Assembly: GCA_963774415.1 (NCBI GenBank)
Contig: CAVZEU010000005.1
Span: forward strand, 45,742 to 109,741
Direction of reading: 5' to 3'
Length of the DNA stretch: 64,000 bases
Source: an uncultured Gammaproteobacteria bacterium
Lineage (GTDB): Bacteria > Pseudomonadota > Gammaproteobacteria > Xanthomonadales > SZUA-36
The position numbers and the translations under genes were made by a program. Positions 28,014-36,165 of this stretch are shown here, one piece after another (positions within the stretch are counted from its first letter, which is position 1; the number at the start of each line of letters is the position of its first letter). The notes under the pieces are model-generated. The model had not been told where the DNA came from, did no database searches, and saw only the letters and a list, made by a program, of their open reading frames with translations.

Positions 28014-28655
28014 GTGATGAAGCGCCGCGACACACGTGAATTGATCCTCGCCACCAGTCTCGCGCTGTTCAACGAACTGGGCGAACCCAATGTCAGCACC
28101 AATCATATCGCTGACGCGGCCGATATCAGCCCGGGCAACCTCTATTACCACTTTAACAACAGGGAGGAGATCGCCCTTGAACTGTGCAAACGCTACCTGC
28201 TCGAAATCCAGCCGATGCTGGCAACCGAAAAGGGCGCAGCCACGGACATGGAAGACCTGTGGCTGCGACTGCACCTGATATTCGAGCTGATGGGCCGCTA
28301 CCGCTTTTTGTTCCGTAACCTGCCCGATCTGTGCGACCGCGTCAGCAATTTGCAGCGCGCGTTCCAGGGCCTGCTCGGGCGCCAGCGTTCCGCGCTGCTG
28401 GCCATGATCGGGGCGCTGCGGGGTAAAGGCATCCTCGAAATCGATGCCAATGAAAGCGAGGTCCTGGTCGAATCCATGCTTTTGGCGATAAACTGCTGGA
28501 TTCCGTTCGCCCAGGTCAGCGCTGACCCCGGCCTGTCCGACGGACGGCTTCAGGCCGATGCGGCCGCACGCGTCCTGCACCTGGTCCTGCCTTACGCCAG
28601 GGAACCCGAAGCCGGCCGCCTCGAAGCGCTGGCGCTCCGCTATCGGCAAAACTAA
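28014..28655 (+). CDS. TetR/AcrR-family transcriptional regulator (PhaD-like position)
   Basis: 213 aa. N-terminal HTH RELILATSLALFNELGEPNVSTNHIADAADISPGNLYYHF is canonical TetR_N. Confidence 0.85.
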   Translation: MMKRRDTRELILATSLALFNELGEPNVSTNHIADAADISPGNLYYHFNNREEIALELCKRYLLEIQPMLATEKGAATDMEDLWLRLHLIFELMGRYRFLFRNLPDLCDRVSNLQRAFQGLLGRQRSALLAMIGALRGKGILEIDANESEVLVESMLLAINCWIPFAQVSADPGLSDGRLQADAAARVLHLVLPYAREPEAGRLEALALRYRQN

Positions 28656-28674
28656 GGCTTTGCGGTGTCGTGTC

Positions 28675-28702
28675 AAAAAAGGCCGGCGAGGCGCCGGCTT
28701 TT
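28675..28702. terminator. Bidirectional rho-independent terminator between TetR and phasin genes
   Basis: AAAAAA-GGCCGGCG-agg-CGCCGGC-TTTT. The GC stem is flanked by an A-run and a T-run, so it can terminate both convergent transcripts. Lies 20 nt after the TetR stop and 5 nt after the phasin stop. Confidence 0.85.
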
Positions 28703-28704
28703 AT

Positions 28705-29262
28705 TCACTCCTGGCGGGTTTTTGCCGCCGCTTTGGCCGCGTTCTTCTGTGCCGGCTTTGCCGCCGTTTTCCTCGCTACCCGCTTGCGTGTCTTTGCGGT
28801 CCTGGTCGCGGTACTTGCAGTGAGCGCGCTCACCCTTTGCGACAGGGATTCAACACGATCGGACAGCTTGCTCACCTCCTCGGCGGTCGGCACGCCGAGA
28901 CGGCCCAGCACCCGCGCAACGCGATCTTCGAAGATGTTCTCGAGCTTGTCCCAATTGTCGGTGGCCTGCTGACGCACCGCCCCGACCCTGGAGTCCACGT
29001 CGCCCTTGATGTCACCCACGGCCGATTCAGCCGCATTACGGGTTTTCTTTTCCAGCTTCTTGCCCTCCGAGACCAGCTTTTCGAACAGTTTGTTGCCCTG
29101 CTCGATCAGCTTGCCGCTCTCGGCCTGGGCGACGGATACGGCACCGAGGCCGGCGAGCCAGATTTCACGCGCGGAATCCAGTACCGGCGCGGCAAACCCG
29201 GGTGCGTCGCGCCTGGCCTGTGTCTTTCCCGAAGGCTTCTTTTCCGAAGTTTTCTCTGTCAT
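28705..29262 (-). CDS. Phasin / PHA granule-associated protein (PhaF-like, with short basic AKP-type tail)
   Basis: 185 aa. EIWLAGLGAVSVAQAESGKLIEQGNKLFEKLVSEGKKLEKK and VLGRLGVPTAEEVSKLSDRVESL match the PHA_granule_1 family. C-terminus is Lys/Ala-rich (KTRKRVARKTAAKPAQKNAAKAAAKTRQE), like the histone-H1-like tail of PhaF. Confidence 0.8.
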   Translation of the reverse strand: MTEKTSEKKPSGKTQARRDAPGFAAPVLDSAREIWLAGLGAVSVAQAESGKLIEQGNKLFEKLVSEGKKLEKKTRNAAESAVGDIKGDVDSRVGAVRQQATDNWDKLENIFEDRVARVLGRLGVPTAEEVSKLSDRVESLSQRVSALTASTATRTAKTRKRVARKTAAKPAQKNAAKAAAKTRQE

Positions 29263-29471
29263 TTCAACCTCTTTGCTCCATTGAGTCTTGGCTCAGCGAT
29301 GCTTGCATTTTAGCCGCAAAATTTAGAGCAAACACACTAGCCCGCATATTGCACCAGCCGGCCACTGGCCTCACCATAAGCTGATGAATTTGCAAAACAG
29401 AATGACGATTTATCAAATTTATTCCAAGGTACACTTTGTAACCGGCCAGCGACCTATCCCGGCCCTGCCTT

Positions 29472-29605
29472 GTCCAGGCACACCTGGGCTTGGGCTTCCC
29501 TCCAGCCATAGCTTTGGCTATGGCTCTCAGTCCAGCCCGGCGCCCAGCCGCACCTGTTCTGCAGCAGCATCCGGGATGCTGGTGCAATATCCGGGCTAGC
29601 CGGAT
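29472..29605. other. Cluster of four short perfect stem-loops / palindromes in an intergenic region
   Basis: GTCCAGG-caca-CCTGGGC (29472-89). AGCCATAGC-tttg-GCTATGGCT (29504-25). CAGCATCC-g-GGATGCTG (29565-81). ATCCGG-gctag-CCGGAT (29589-605). The last two share a CCGG(G)ATGCT(G/T)GGT direct repeat. No T-runs. Confidence 0.5.
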
Positions 29606-29684
29606 GCTTGGTCAGAAACAATGCGGCCGTAGCAGTAACGCCTTTGCGCCAAAACCGTGTTGCACTTTTCCGGCGGCGTCCCGG

Positions 29685-31520
29685 CTACCACCGATAAGCG
29701 CCGCTCAGGCTCACCTGGCGGCCGACGGCGGGTGTCCCCGGGTAATACTGGTAATGGCTGTCGCTCACGTTGTCCACCGCCAGCGTGAGGACAAAGGCAT
29801 CGACCGCCGGCGGGTTCCAGGCCAGCGAGAGGGCGCCGAAATACGCGCTTTTCCCGTGCTGGCGCAGCGGGTTGTCCTGCTGCACCCGGTACTCGTTGTC
29901 GAGGCGCAATTCCACCTGCTTGCTCATGTCCCAGCGCAATGAAAGCGTTGCCCTGTGGCGTGCGAAATTGAGGGCATAGAAACTCGCGTCGACCAGGCTG
30001 GTGCCATAGTCGGCGTTCTTGTGGAGCCACGTATAGGCGGCGACCGCGTGCAGCGTTTGCCAATTCCTGGCAGCGATCACTTCCGCACCGAACACATCGA
30101 TATCCACCGCGTTGGCCTGGCGCGCGAAGGGCGCACCCGTAAAATAGGTCCAGTCGACCAGGTTGTCGTCCTTGCGATAGAACAGCGTCGCCAGGGCGTT
30201 CCAGGCCGGTGTTTCCCGGCTCGCCGTGAGCGCCAACTGGCGGGCTCTTTCACGGCCAAGGTCGGGATTTCCGCCGAACAGGCCCGCGGGGGGCGACTTC
30301 AGGGCCGTGTAGCCCGGCAACTGCGACGTCGCGGCATATTCCAGCGCCACGCGGGTGCTGCCGCCCGCTGACGAACTGCGCATGCTCAAACCAATCAGCG
30401 GCGAGACGGCGCCGCCGTCTCGATTGGAGTTGTCCAGGCTCGCGCCGGCCCGCAAGCGGACGACACGCGTGGCGGAGCGGGCAAGATCGATCGCCGGCAC
30501 CAGCGTGAGCTTGAGATAGCGGCGAGCGTTGAAGCCGCCCCCGGTGAGATCGGTCGAACGCACCAGCCGGTCGGCCGTCAGTTGCCCGCCGAACCGCCAG
30601 TCGATGCGCCCGCCGCGCCAGCCTGCCTGGACCGCGGCGGCCCAGACCCGCGTCTTGTGGTCGAACGAGCCGGGCCTGCCGGACTCCTTGGTGGTGCGGT
30701 CAAAATCGTAGTTGTCCACCAGTCCGCGGTAGTAAGCGCTGAATACCGCCCAGCCCTCAGCGCTTTCCCGGCGGTGGTTCAGCAGCAGCAGCCGTGTCTT
30801 GGTGTGATCGGTCTCCGCGAGCGAGGCAAAACCCGTGTACGCGCCCGGCCAGCCGAAGAACTTGTCCTGGTAGGCCAACAGCAGGTCCGTCTGCGTGTTC
30901 CCCTGCCGGCGCTGCAGGTGCAGGTTGTAGCGGCTGAATTCGTGATCGCCGTTGGCGACCGTGCCGTCGCCTTTCGAGTAGGCGGCCGATAGCGCCATGG
31001 CCGATACCCGTCCGCCGGTCCCGCTTCGCGCCCATGCCTGCCGTATCGAGCCGTAGCCCAGACTGTCGTTGCCGGCGCCCAGCAGGGTATCGCCGCCCGC
31101 GGCGACAGCCGGCAGCGAATACGCGAGCGTCGCCACGTTCGAATTAAAGCCGAGAACGGCGTTATCGATGCCGGTCCGCACCCGGGGCGGCGTCAAAAAG
31201 CGCGGATCGATCGGCAGGCCCGCTGAATAATGGCCGGTCTGCGGGTCCATGATGGTTGCCGCACCGACGGCAAAACCGGTATTTTCAAAAACGCCGCCTT
31301 CGACCGTTACGTCGGCCTGGCCTTCCGGCAAGCCGCGCGGCTGCAATTCGGTCTGCGGGTCGAATCGAAGGCGCGTGGCCAGCGACGCATAGCTGCCGGC
31401 GGGCTGCAAGTTGGCTACGCGTCTGCCGATGACCCTGACCTCGTCCAGCGGCTGCTCGTCGGCCAGCACCGCGCTCGTAACGAACAACAGCAACAGGCAA
31501 CACAAACTGCGGCGGCTCAC
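29685..31520 (-). CDS. TonB-dependent outer-membrane receptor (BtuB-like size)
   Basis: GTG 31520 gives M/V-SRRSLCCLLLLFVTSAVLA|DEQ signal peptide; the ORF-track TTG 31634 adds 38 non-signal residues. Has a plug-domain opening and a beta-barrel. C-terminal VSLSGAYRW resembles BtuB ..LSGSYTF. Confidence 0.85.
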   Translation of the reverse strand: MSRRSLCCLLLLFVTSAVLADEQPLDEVRVIGRRVANLQPAGSYASLATRLRFDPQTELQPRGLPEGQADVTVEGGVFENTGFAVGAATIMDPQTGHYSAGLPIDPRFLTPPRVRTGIDNAVLGFNSNVATLAYSLPAVAAGGDTLLGAGNDSLGYGSIRQAWARSGTGGRVSAMALSAAYSKGDGTVANGDHEFSRYNLHLQRRQGNTQTDLLLAYQDKFFGWPGAYTGFASLAETDHTKTRLLLLNHRRESAEGWAVFSAYYRGLVDNYDFDRTTKESGRPGSFDHKTRVWAAAVQAGWRGGRIDWRFGGQLTADRLVRSTDLTGGGFNARRYLKLTLVPAIDLARSATRVVRLRAGASLDNSNRDGGAVSPLIGLSMRSSSAGGSTRVALEYAATSQLPGYTALKSPPAGLFGGNPDLGRERARQLALTASRETPAWNALATLFYRKDDNLVDWTYFTGAPFARQANAVDIDVFGAEVIAARNWQTLHAVAAYTWLHKNADYGTSLVDASFYALNFARHRATLSLRWDMSKQVELRLDNEYRVQQDNPLRQHGKSAYFGALSLAWNPPAVDAFVLTLAVDNVSDSHYQYYPGTPAVGRQVSLSGAYRW

Positions 31521-31572
31521 CGTGTGCCCGAACGCGCTTGGGCGACGGGCCGGCAATGGGTCACCGAGCGTG

Positions 31573-31601
31573 AAAACACCATGCCGCTGCAAGCGGGCAT
31601 G
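31573..31601 (-). terminator. Candidate leader attenuator hairpin upstream of the TonB receptor start
   Basis: Minus strand CATGCCCGC-ttgca-GCGGCATG (8 bp, one bulged C), followed by GTGTTTTC. Lies between the riboswitch-like element and the GTG 31520 start. Confidence 0.4.
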
Positions 31602-31639
31602 CCGAAAGAGACAGATCCATTTTGAAGCACGCAAAACAT

Positions 31640-31820
31640 AGTTCCTTTAATTCAGACCGAGCCAGCGGACTGCCCGAATCAGGCGGCAACGACAGAACGC
31701 CAGCGGACCGGAACGGTCATCCGTTTCCCGTGAGCGCTCGAGCGGGCGCATAGGGGCGGATGCCGCTCCAGCGATTTTCACCGGGTCTTCGGCCGCACCG
31801 CCACGGGGTCCTATAATGCC
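31640..31820 (-). promoter_or_regulatory. Possible cobalamin (B12) riboswitch leader
   Basis: Minus strand contains ATAGG...GAAGACCCGGTGAAAATCGCTGGAGCGGCATCCGCCCCTATG. This resembles the conserved core GGGAA-N-GGTG-AAAATCC-N-GC-N-CCCGC-N-CTGT, with a closing ATAGG/CCTAT helix. Only a weak B12-box-like ACGGATGACCGTTCC lies downstream. Context is a BtuB-like receptor. Not verified with a covariance model. Confidence 0.35.
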
Positions 31821-31935
31821 ATCGATTCCGGCCGGAACGACCGTTCGCCGCACGTCACTATCCAGCCGCGGCTAGTTTAGCTTAAAGTAACGTCTCACGG
31901 CGGCGTCATCGTTAGTTGCGTGCCGGCCACAGGCC

Positions 31936-33039
31936 ATGCAAGCTATGATCTGGTTCATTATCACACTGTTGCTCCTGTGGGCGTTCGAGCGCTTCTACCT
32001 GCGCGGCCCGGGGCCGGCAGATTATCCCGTCCCGAATGAGCCGGAAGCAGTCCGCCGTTTCGGCTCCGCGGCGCACCAACAGTCCGAATTTGCAGCCGTG
32101 GCCAGGCAAGTGGAAAGCCTGTCCGGCGAGATCGCGGCGCATCTGCGCAGGCACAATTTCACCGCCGCACGAGAATTGATGGACAGGCTCGGCGAAGACC
32201 GCCGTTACAGCAGCCGTTTCCAGCGCACTGAAGCCGACGGCGTGGCGGCGGAATGGGTGCTGGCGCCGGGCGCCGACCCGCAACGGCGTGCGCTCTATAT
32301 CCATGGCGGCGGATTCGTGATGGGCAGCAGCCGCAGCCACCGCACGATCACGAGCAAATTCTCCGATGTCTGTGGCTGTGCCGTTCTGGCCGTCGACTAC
32401 CGCTTGCTGCCCGAAAATCGATTCATGGACGCGGTCACAGATTGCCGAAACGCATACCAATGGATGCTGGAAAACGGGCCCGCGGGTGCTGGCAAGGCGC
32501 AGCGGGCGTTTGTCGCCGGCGACTCCGCGGGCGCTACGCTGGCCCTGTCCTTGGCCGCCTGGCTCAGGGACAGGCGCCTGCGTCTGCCGGACGCGGTCGT
32601 GGCCATGTCGCCATTGACCGACAGCACCTTTTCCGGCGCCAGCATACGCGAGAATCTGGCCACCGACGTCATGCTGGCCCCCGCACTGCGCCCGCTGGTC
32701 AGGCTGCCCCCGTTCCTCAGAAGCCTCTCGATCGTTTGGGCTTATCGAGTCCGGCCCGCGAATCCCATCGCATCGCCGCTTGTCGGTGACCTGTCCGGCC
32801 TGCCGCCGACGTTGGTACAGGCCAGCGATGCCGAAATGCTGCTGGACGACGCCCGCCGTTATGTTTACAAGGCGCGGGCCGCGGGCACGCCAGCCAGGCT
32901 GCAGACCTGGGCCGGCATGTTCCACGTTTTCCAGATATTCGAACGTGAGTTGCCGCAGGCACGCGACGCTTGGACCAAAATTGGCCAATTCATCACGCAA
33001 CAAGCGGTCCAGCCGCCCGCGCCACAAGAGCGCGGCTGA
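31936..33039 (+). CDS. Alpha/beta-hydrolase esterase/lipase, hormone-sensitive-lipase (family IV) type, N-terminally membrane-anchored
   Basis: 367 aa. N-terminal hydrophobic helix (MIWFIITLLLLWAF). HGGGF oxyanion motif (LYIHGGGFVMG) and GDSAG nucleophile elbow (VAGDSAGATLAL). Confidence 0.85.
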   Translation: MQAMIWFIITLLLLWAFERFYLRGPGPADYPVPNEPEAVRRFGSAAHQQSEFAAVARQVESLSGEIAAHLRRHNFTAARELMDRLGEDRRYSSRFQRTEADGVAAEWVLAPGADPQRRALYIHGGGFVMGSSRSHRTITSKFSDVCGCAVLAVDYRLLPENRFMDAVTDCRNAYQWMLENGPAGAGKAQRAFVAGDSAGATLALSLAAWLRDRRLRLPDAVVAMSPLTDSTFSGASIRENLATDVMLAPALRPLVRLPPFLRSLSIVWAYRVRPANPIASPLVGDLSGLPPTLVQASDAEMLLDDARRYVYKARAAGTPARLQTWAGMFHVFQIFERELPQARDAWTKIGQFITQQAVQPPAPQERG

Positions 33040-33048
33040 ACGCCGCGC

Positions 33049-34818
33049 TTACTGTGCGAGCAGCGCCTCGCAGAGGGCGACGTTGTCGATCGCGACACGC
33101 TCGATCGGTATAATTCCCTGCCTGTTGATCGACGGGATGTCGTACTCGACAGTACCCGAGTTGCAACTGTGAAAGGTCAGCGTCACCGTGCCGTCCGAAC
33201 CCGGCGGATCGGTTTTTTCCAATTCGGTCGCCGTATCGAAGATGCCGCCCGAAGTGATGGTGATGTCCATGACCACGTGGTCACCGTCGATCGGGCCCAG
33301 CGCCGTCAACCAGCGGTGGCCGGGATCAGCGAGATGAGCGGCCACGTCCTCGGCGGGACGTTCCGTATCGTAAGTGAACCATGCCAGTGACACCGTGCCC
33401 AGGTCGGGAAATACCGTGATAAAGAATCCCTGGCCTTTGGTGACTTTGTAATACCACGCGTCGTTCAGGCCCGCGTTGATCCGGAACGCATTGAACTCGG
33501 TCAGGTCAAAAACGCGCGCCTGGCCCGACTGGCTGCCATTACCGTCGTTCTGGTCGGCACCGGCAGCGACGCGGTTGCCGTTGGCAGACAGCGAAACCGA
33601 GCCGCCAAAAGCGTCATAGGCGGCCTCACCGTCGATGTCCGCCCCGATCCGCGTCCAGGTGGCACCCGACCATTCGTACAGGCGCACCTGGCCCGCATAA
33701 TCACCATTGTCGTTATTGCTGTTGGCGCCGATCGCGAGGCGCGTGCCATCCCCGGACAATGATACCGAATGACCGGAGAAGTCCTCAGCCGCTTCCCCAT
33801 CGATATCGGTACCGAGCTGGCTCCAGGCCAGGCCGGACCATTGGAAAACCCGCACGTGGCCGGAATAGGCGCCGTTGCCGTCGTTCCCGGGGGCGCCGAC
33901 CGCCAGGCGGTTGCCGTTGGATGACAATGAAACCGAAGTGCCGAACCAATCCCCGGCGGCTTCCCCGTCAATATCCGCGCCCAGTTGTCTCCAGGCTCCG
34001 TCGGACCATTCGTAAACGCGCGCATGGCCCGACTCCGCGCCGTTACCGTCGTTACCCCAGGCTCCCAGGGCGACGCGTTCACCTCTCGCGGACAGCGACA
34101 CCGCCTGCAGATGGTCGTTGACGCTTTCACCTTCGATGTCTGCACCGATTTGGATCCAGTCCGAACCTGACCATTCGAAGATGCGCACATGGCCGGCGTT
34201 TTCAGCCGCACCATCATTCTCGGCTGCGCTGACGGCCAGGCGCTGGCCGTTAGCCGAGAGCGAAACGGAGTAACCGGAATTGTCGCCGGCAGCTTCACCG
34301 TCGATGTCGGAACCGAGCTGACTCCACCTCCAGGCCACTCCGCCCATCCACTGATAAACGCGCACGTGGCCCGAGTACTCTCCGCCGCCGTTGTTGGTGG
34401 TGGCGCCGACAGCCAGGCGGTTGCCGTCTGCCGACAGCGAAACCGAATAACCCGAAGCGTCGTAGGCGGCCTCGCCATCGATATCGTCGCCGAGTTGCGC
34501 CCAGTCGTAATTCGACCATTGGTAGTAGACACGCACATGGCCGGAGTCGGGCCCGTTGCCATCATTCTGGGGCGCACCGACGGCCAGTAGGGTGCCATCC
34601 GCAGACAGTGATACCGAAAAGCCGGAATGATCCCCGGCGGTTTCCCCATCGATATCCCTGCCAATCTGCGTCTGGGCCAGGGCCGGGCCGGACAACAGGC
34701 CGATCACCGCGGCCACGCACAAATAGCGGCGGGCATGCCCGCCTGGGCGTGCTGAGTCTGCACGTTCACACCGGGCCCAAATGGCCTGTAGGAAAATGTT
34801 TTGACGTGAATAAATCAT
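33049..34818 (-). CDS. Secreted seven-repeat FG-GAP-like beta-propeller protein with uncharacterised 150-aa C-terminal domain
   Basis: 589 aa. Strong GGAGG RBS. Hydrophobic signal-like segment (YLCVAAVIGLLSGPALA) after a 30-aa N-region. Seven repeats G-x-DIDGEAAGD-x-SG-x-SVSLS-x-x-G-x-RLAVGA-x-x-NDGNG-x-x-SGHVRVY-x-WS. Distinct C-terminal domain with two Cys. Confidence 0.8.
   Translation of the reverse strand: MIYSRQNIFLQAIWARCERADSARPGGHARRYLCVAAVIGLLSGPALAQTQIGRDIDGETAGDHSGFSVSLSADGTLLAVGAPQNDGNGPDSGHVRVYYQWSNYDWAQLGDDIDGEAAYDASGYSVSLSADGNRLAVGATTNNGGGEYSGHVRVYQWMGGVAWRWSQLGSDIDGEAAGDNSGYSVSLSANGQRLAVSAAENDGAAENAGHVRIFEWSGSDWIQIGADIEGESVNDHLQAVSLSARGERVALGAWGNDGNGAESGHARVYEWSDGAWRQLGADIDGEAAGDWFGTSVSLSSNGNRLAVGAPGNDGNGAYSGHVRVFQWSGLAWSQLGTDIDGEAAEDFSGHSVSLSGDGTRLAIGANSNNDNGDYAGQVRLYEWSGATWTRIGADIDGEAAYDAFGGSVSLSANGNRVAAGADQNDGNGSQSGQARVFDLTEFNAFRINAGLNDAWYYKVTKGQGFFITVFPDLGTVSLAWFTYDTERPAEDVAAHLADPGHRWLTALGPIDGDHVVMDITITSGGIFDTATELEKTDPPGSDGTVTLTFHSCNSGTVEYDIPSINRQGIIPIERVAIDNVALCEALLAQ
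33502..34665 (-). repeat. Seven tandem ~55-58-codon propeller-blade repeats (coding)
   Basis: Repeat starts read GRDIDGETAGD, GDDIDGEAAYD, GSDIDGEAAGD, GADIEGESVND, GADIDGEAAGD, GTDIDGEAAED, GADIDGEAAYD (residues about 52-439 of the 33049 ORF). Confidence 0.85.
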
Positions 34819-35043
34819 GATGACCTCCTTCGATGCAGCAACGCCGCTGCCGGATCGGGAGGTTATCGGGTTTTTCTTGGCGGGCTTATATGGACACCCT
34901 GTCGACTCGACTCGTCAGCGACCGGAGATCCCAACACAAATTATACGCCTACGCGTCGAAATTACCTAGTTTTCATCGCTCGAAAAGCGTGGCGGGCGAC
35001 GGCGTCGACCGCTGGAGCGGTTACGGCGGCATACGCCGGGAGT

Positions 35044-36165
35044 CTACCCTGCGCTCTTCCGTACGGCCTTCGCGAGTTGTTTCAACACGCGTTGAGCCGT
35101 GTGGTGATGTGAGGTCAGTTTGCCGCCGTATATGCTGATGACGTTTTCCAGTTTCCGCGCGTGGTGCAAACGCGTTTCCCGGCTGCGGTCGAATAGGCGC
35201 CTGGCGCTGACCGGCAGCACGCGCAAGCCGGCAAAACTGTCTATAACCTGTTCCCGCCTGACCGGATCGGCGAAGTAGGCGTTGCGGGTGTCGAGCAGGT
35301 ACTCGATCTCCGCTTCCAGCGGCCTCACGTTTGCCGGGTCACCGTGATAAGGGGTCTCGGTCGTTCCGACCATGGTATGTCCCTTCCACGGCATCACGAA
35401 CACCGCCCGCCGGTCTGCGGGAGCCTCGATATAGTAGATCCCGCGCCTGAGCGCACCGGGGATCACGATATGCGTGCCTTGTACCAGGTCAATATCCAAA
35501 ACCGGCAGTGCCGGCCTGAACTTCTCCAGCACCAGGTTGACCCAGGGACCGCTCGCGTTGACGACGGTTCTCGTTTCCAGTTCATGCCCGCCATCGGCGG
35601 CACGGTAGAAAATTGTGCAACAGCGCCTGCTGCATTCGGCACCCCGGAAGGTGGCGCCGTAACGCACTCGCGCCCCCAGGCCCTCCGCCTGTTGCACGAG
35701 CCTCGTGGTCAGGCGCAGGTCATCCGTCTGCGCGTCCCAGTAGCGAAATACCCGCTTCAGGCCCTGGGTCTTGAGGCCGTCCAGTTGCGGCCAGTCACAG
35801 CGCTCGACGTGTTTGAAATCCTTGCCACCCAGCAGCCGGTAAAGGTTCAGGCCGAGCGCGATCATCCAGGTTTTCCGGTGCGTGTGCTCGTATACAGGTA
35901 TATGGAACGGCACGAGTCTGACCAGGTCGGATTGTTCCCTGAGCAGGCGGCGGCGCTCGACCAGGCATTCGCGCACCAGCCGGATTTGGCCGCTTTCGAG
36001 GTAACGCAATCCGCCGTGTATCAGTTTCGAAGACTTGCTCGAAGTGCCCTGCCCCGGTCCGCTGTATTGCTCCAGCAACAGGACTCGCCAACCGCGTTGC
36101 GCCGCGTCCCTGGCAAGGCTGGCGCCATGGATCCCCGCGCCGATGACGACGAGGTCAAAGTCCAC
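35044..36165 (-). CDS. FAD-dependent oxidoreductase, glycerol-3-phosphate dehydrogenase/oxidase-like (short form)
   Basis: DFDLVVIGAGIHGASLARDAAQRGWRVLLLE dinucleotide fold plus GTSSKSSKLIHGGLRYLE, characteristic of GlpD/GlpO. About 373 aa, so it lacks the usual C-terminal domain. GTG 36165 overlaps the GDPD stop by 11 nt; the ORF-track start is 36210. Confidence 0.8.
   Translation of the reverse strand: MDFDLVVIGAGIHGASLARDAAQRGWRVLLLEQYSGPGQGTSSKSSKLIHGGLRYLESGQIRLVRECLVERRRLLREQSDLVRLVPFHIPVYEHTHRKTWMIALGLNLYRLLGGKDFKHVERCDWPQLDGLKTQGLKRVFRYWDAQTDDLRLTTRLVQQAEGLGARVRYGATFRGAECSRRCCTIFYRAADGGHELETRTVVNASGPWVNLVLEKFRPALPVLDIDLVQGTHIVIPGALRRGIYYIEAPADRRAVFVMPWKGHTMVGTTETPYHGDPANVRPLEAEIEYLLDTRNAYFADPVRREQVIDSFAGLRVLPVSARRLFDRSRETRLHHARKLENVISIYGGKLTSHHHTAQRVLKQLAKAVRKSAG

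Noticed and set aside
31521-31634. TTG 31634 as the start of the TonB-dependent receptor.
   Set aside because: It would place 38 non-signal residues before a perfect signal peptide. It would also put the start codon upstream of a terminator-like hairpin. GTG 31520 is preferred, although this is unverified.
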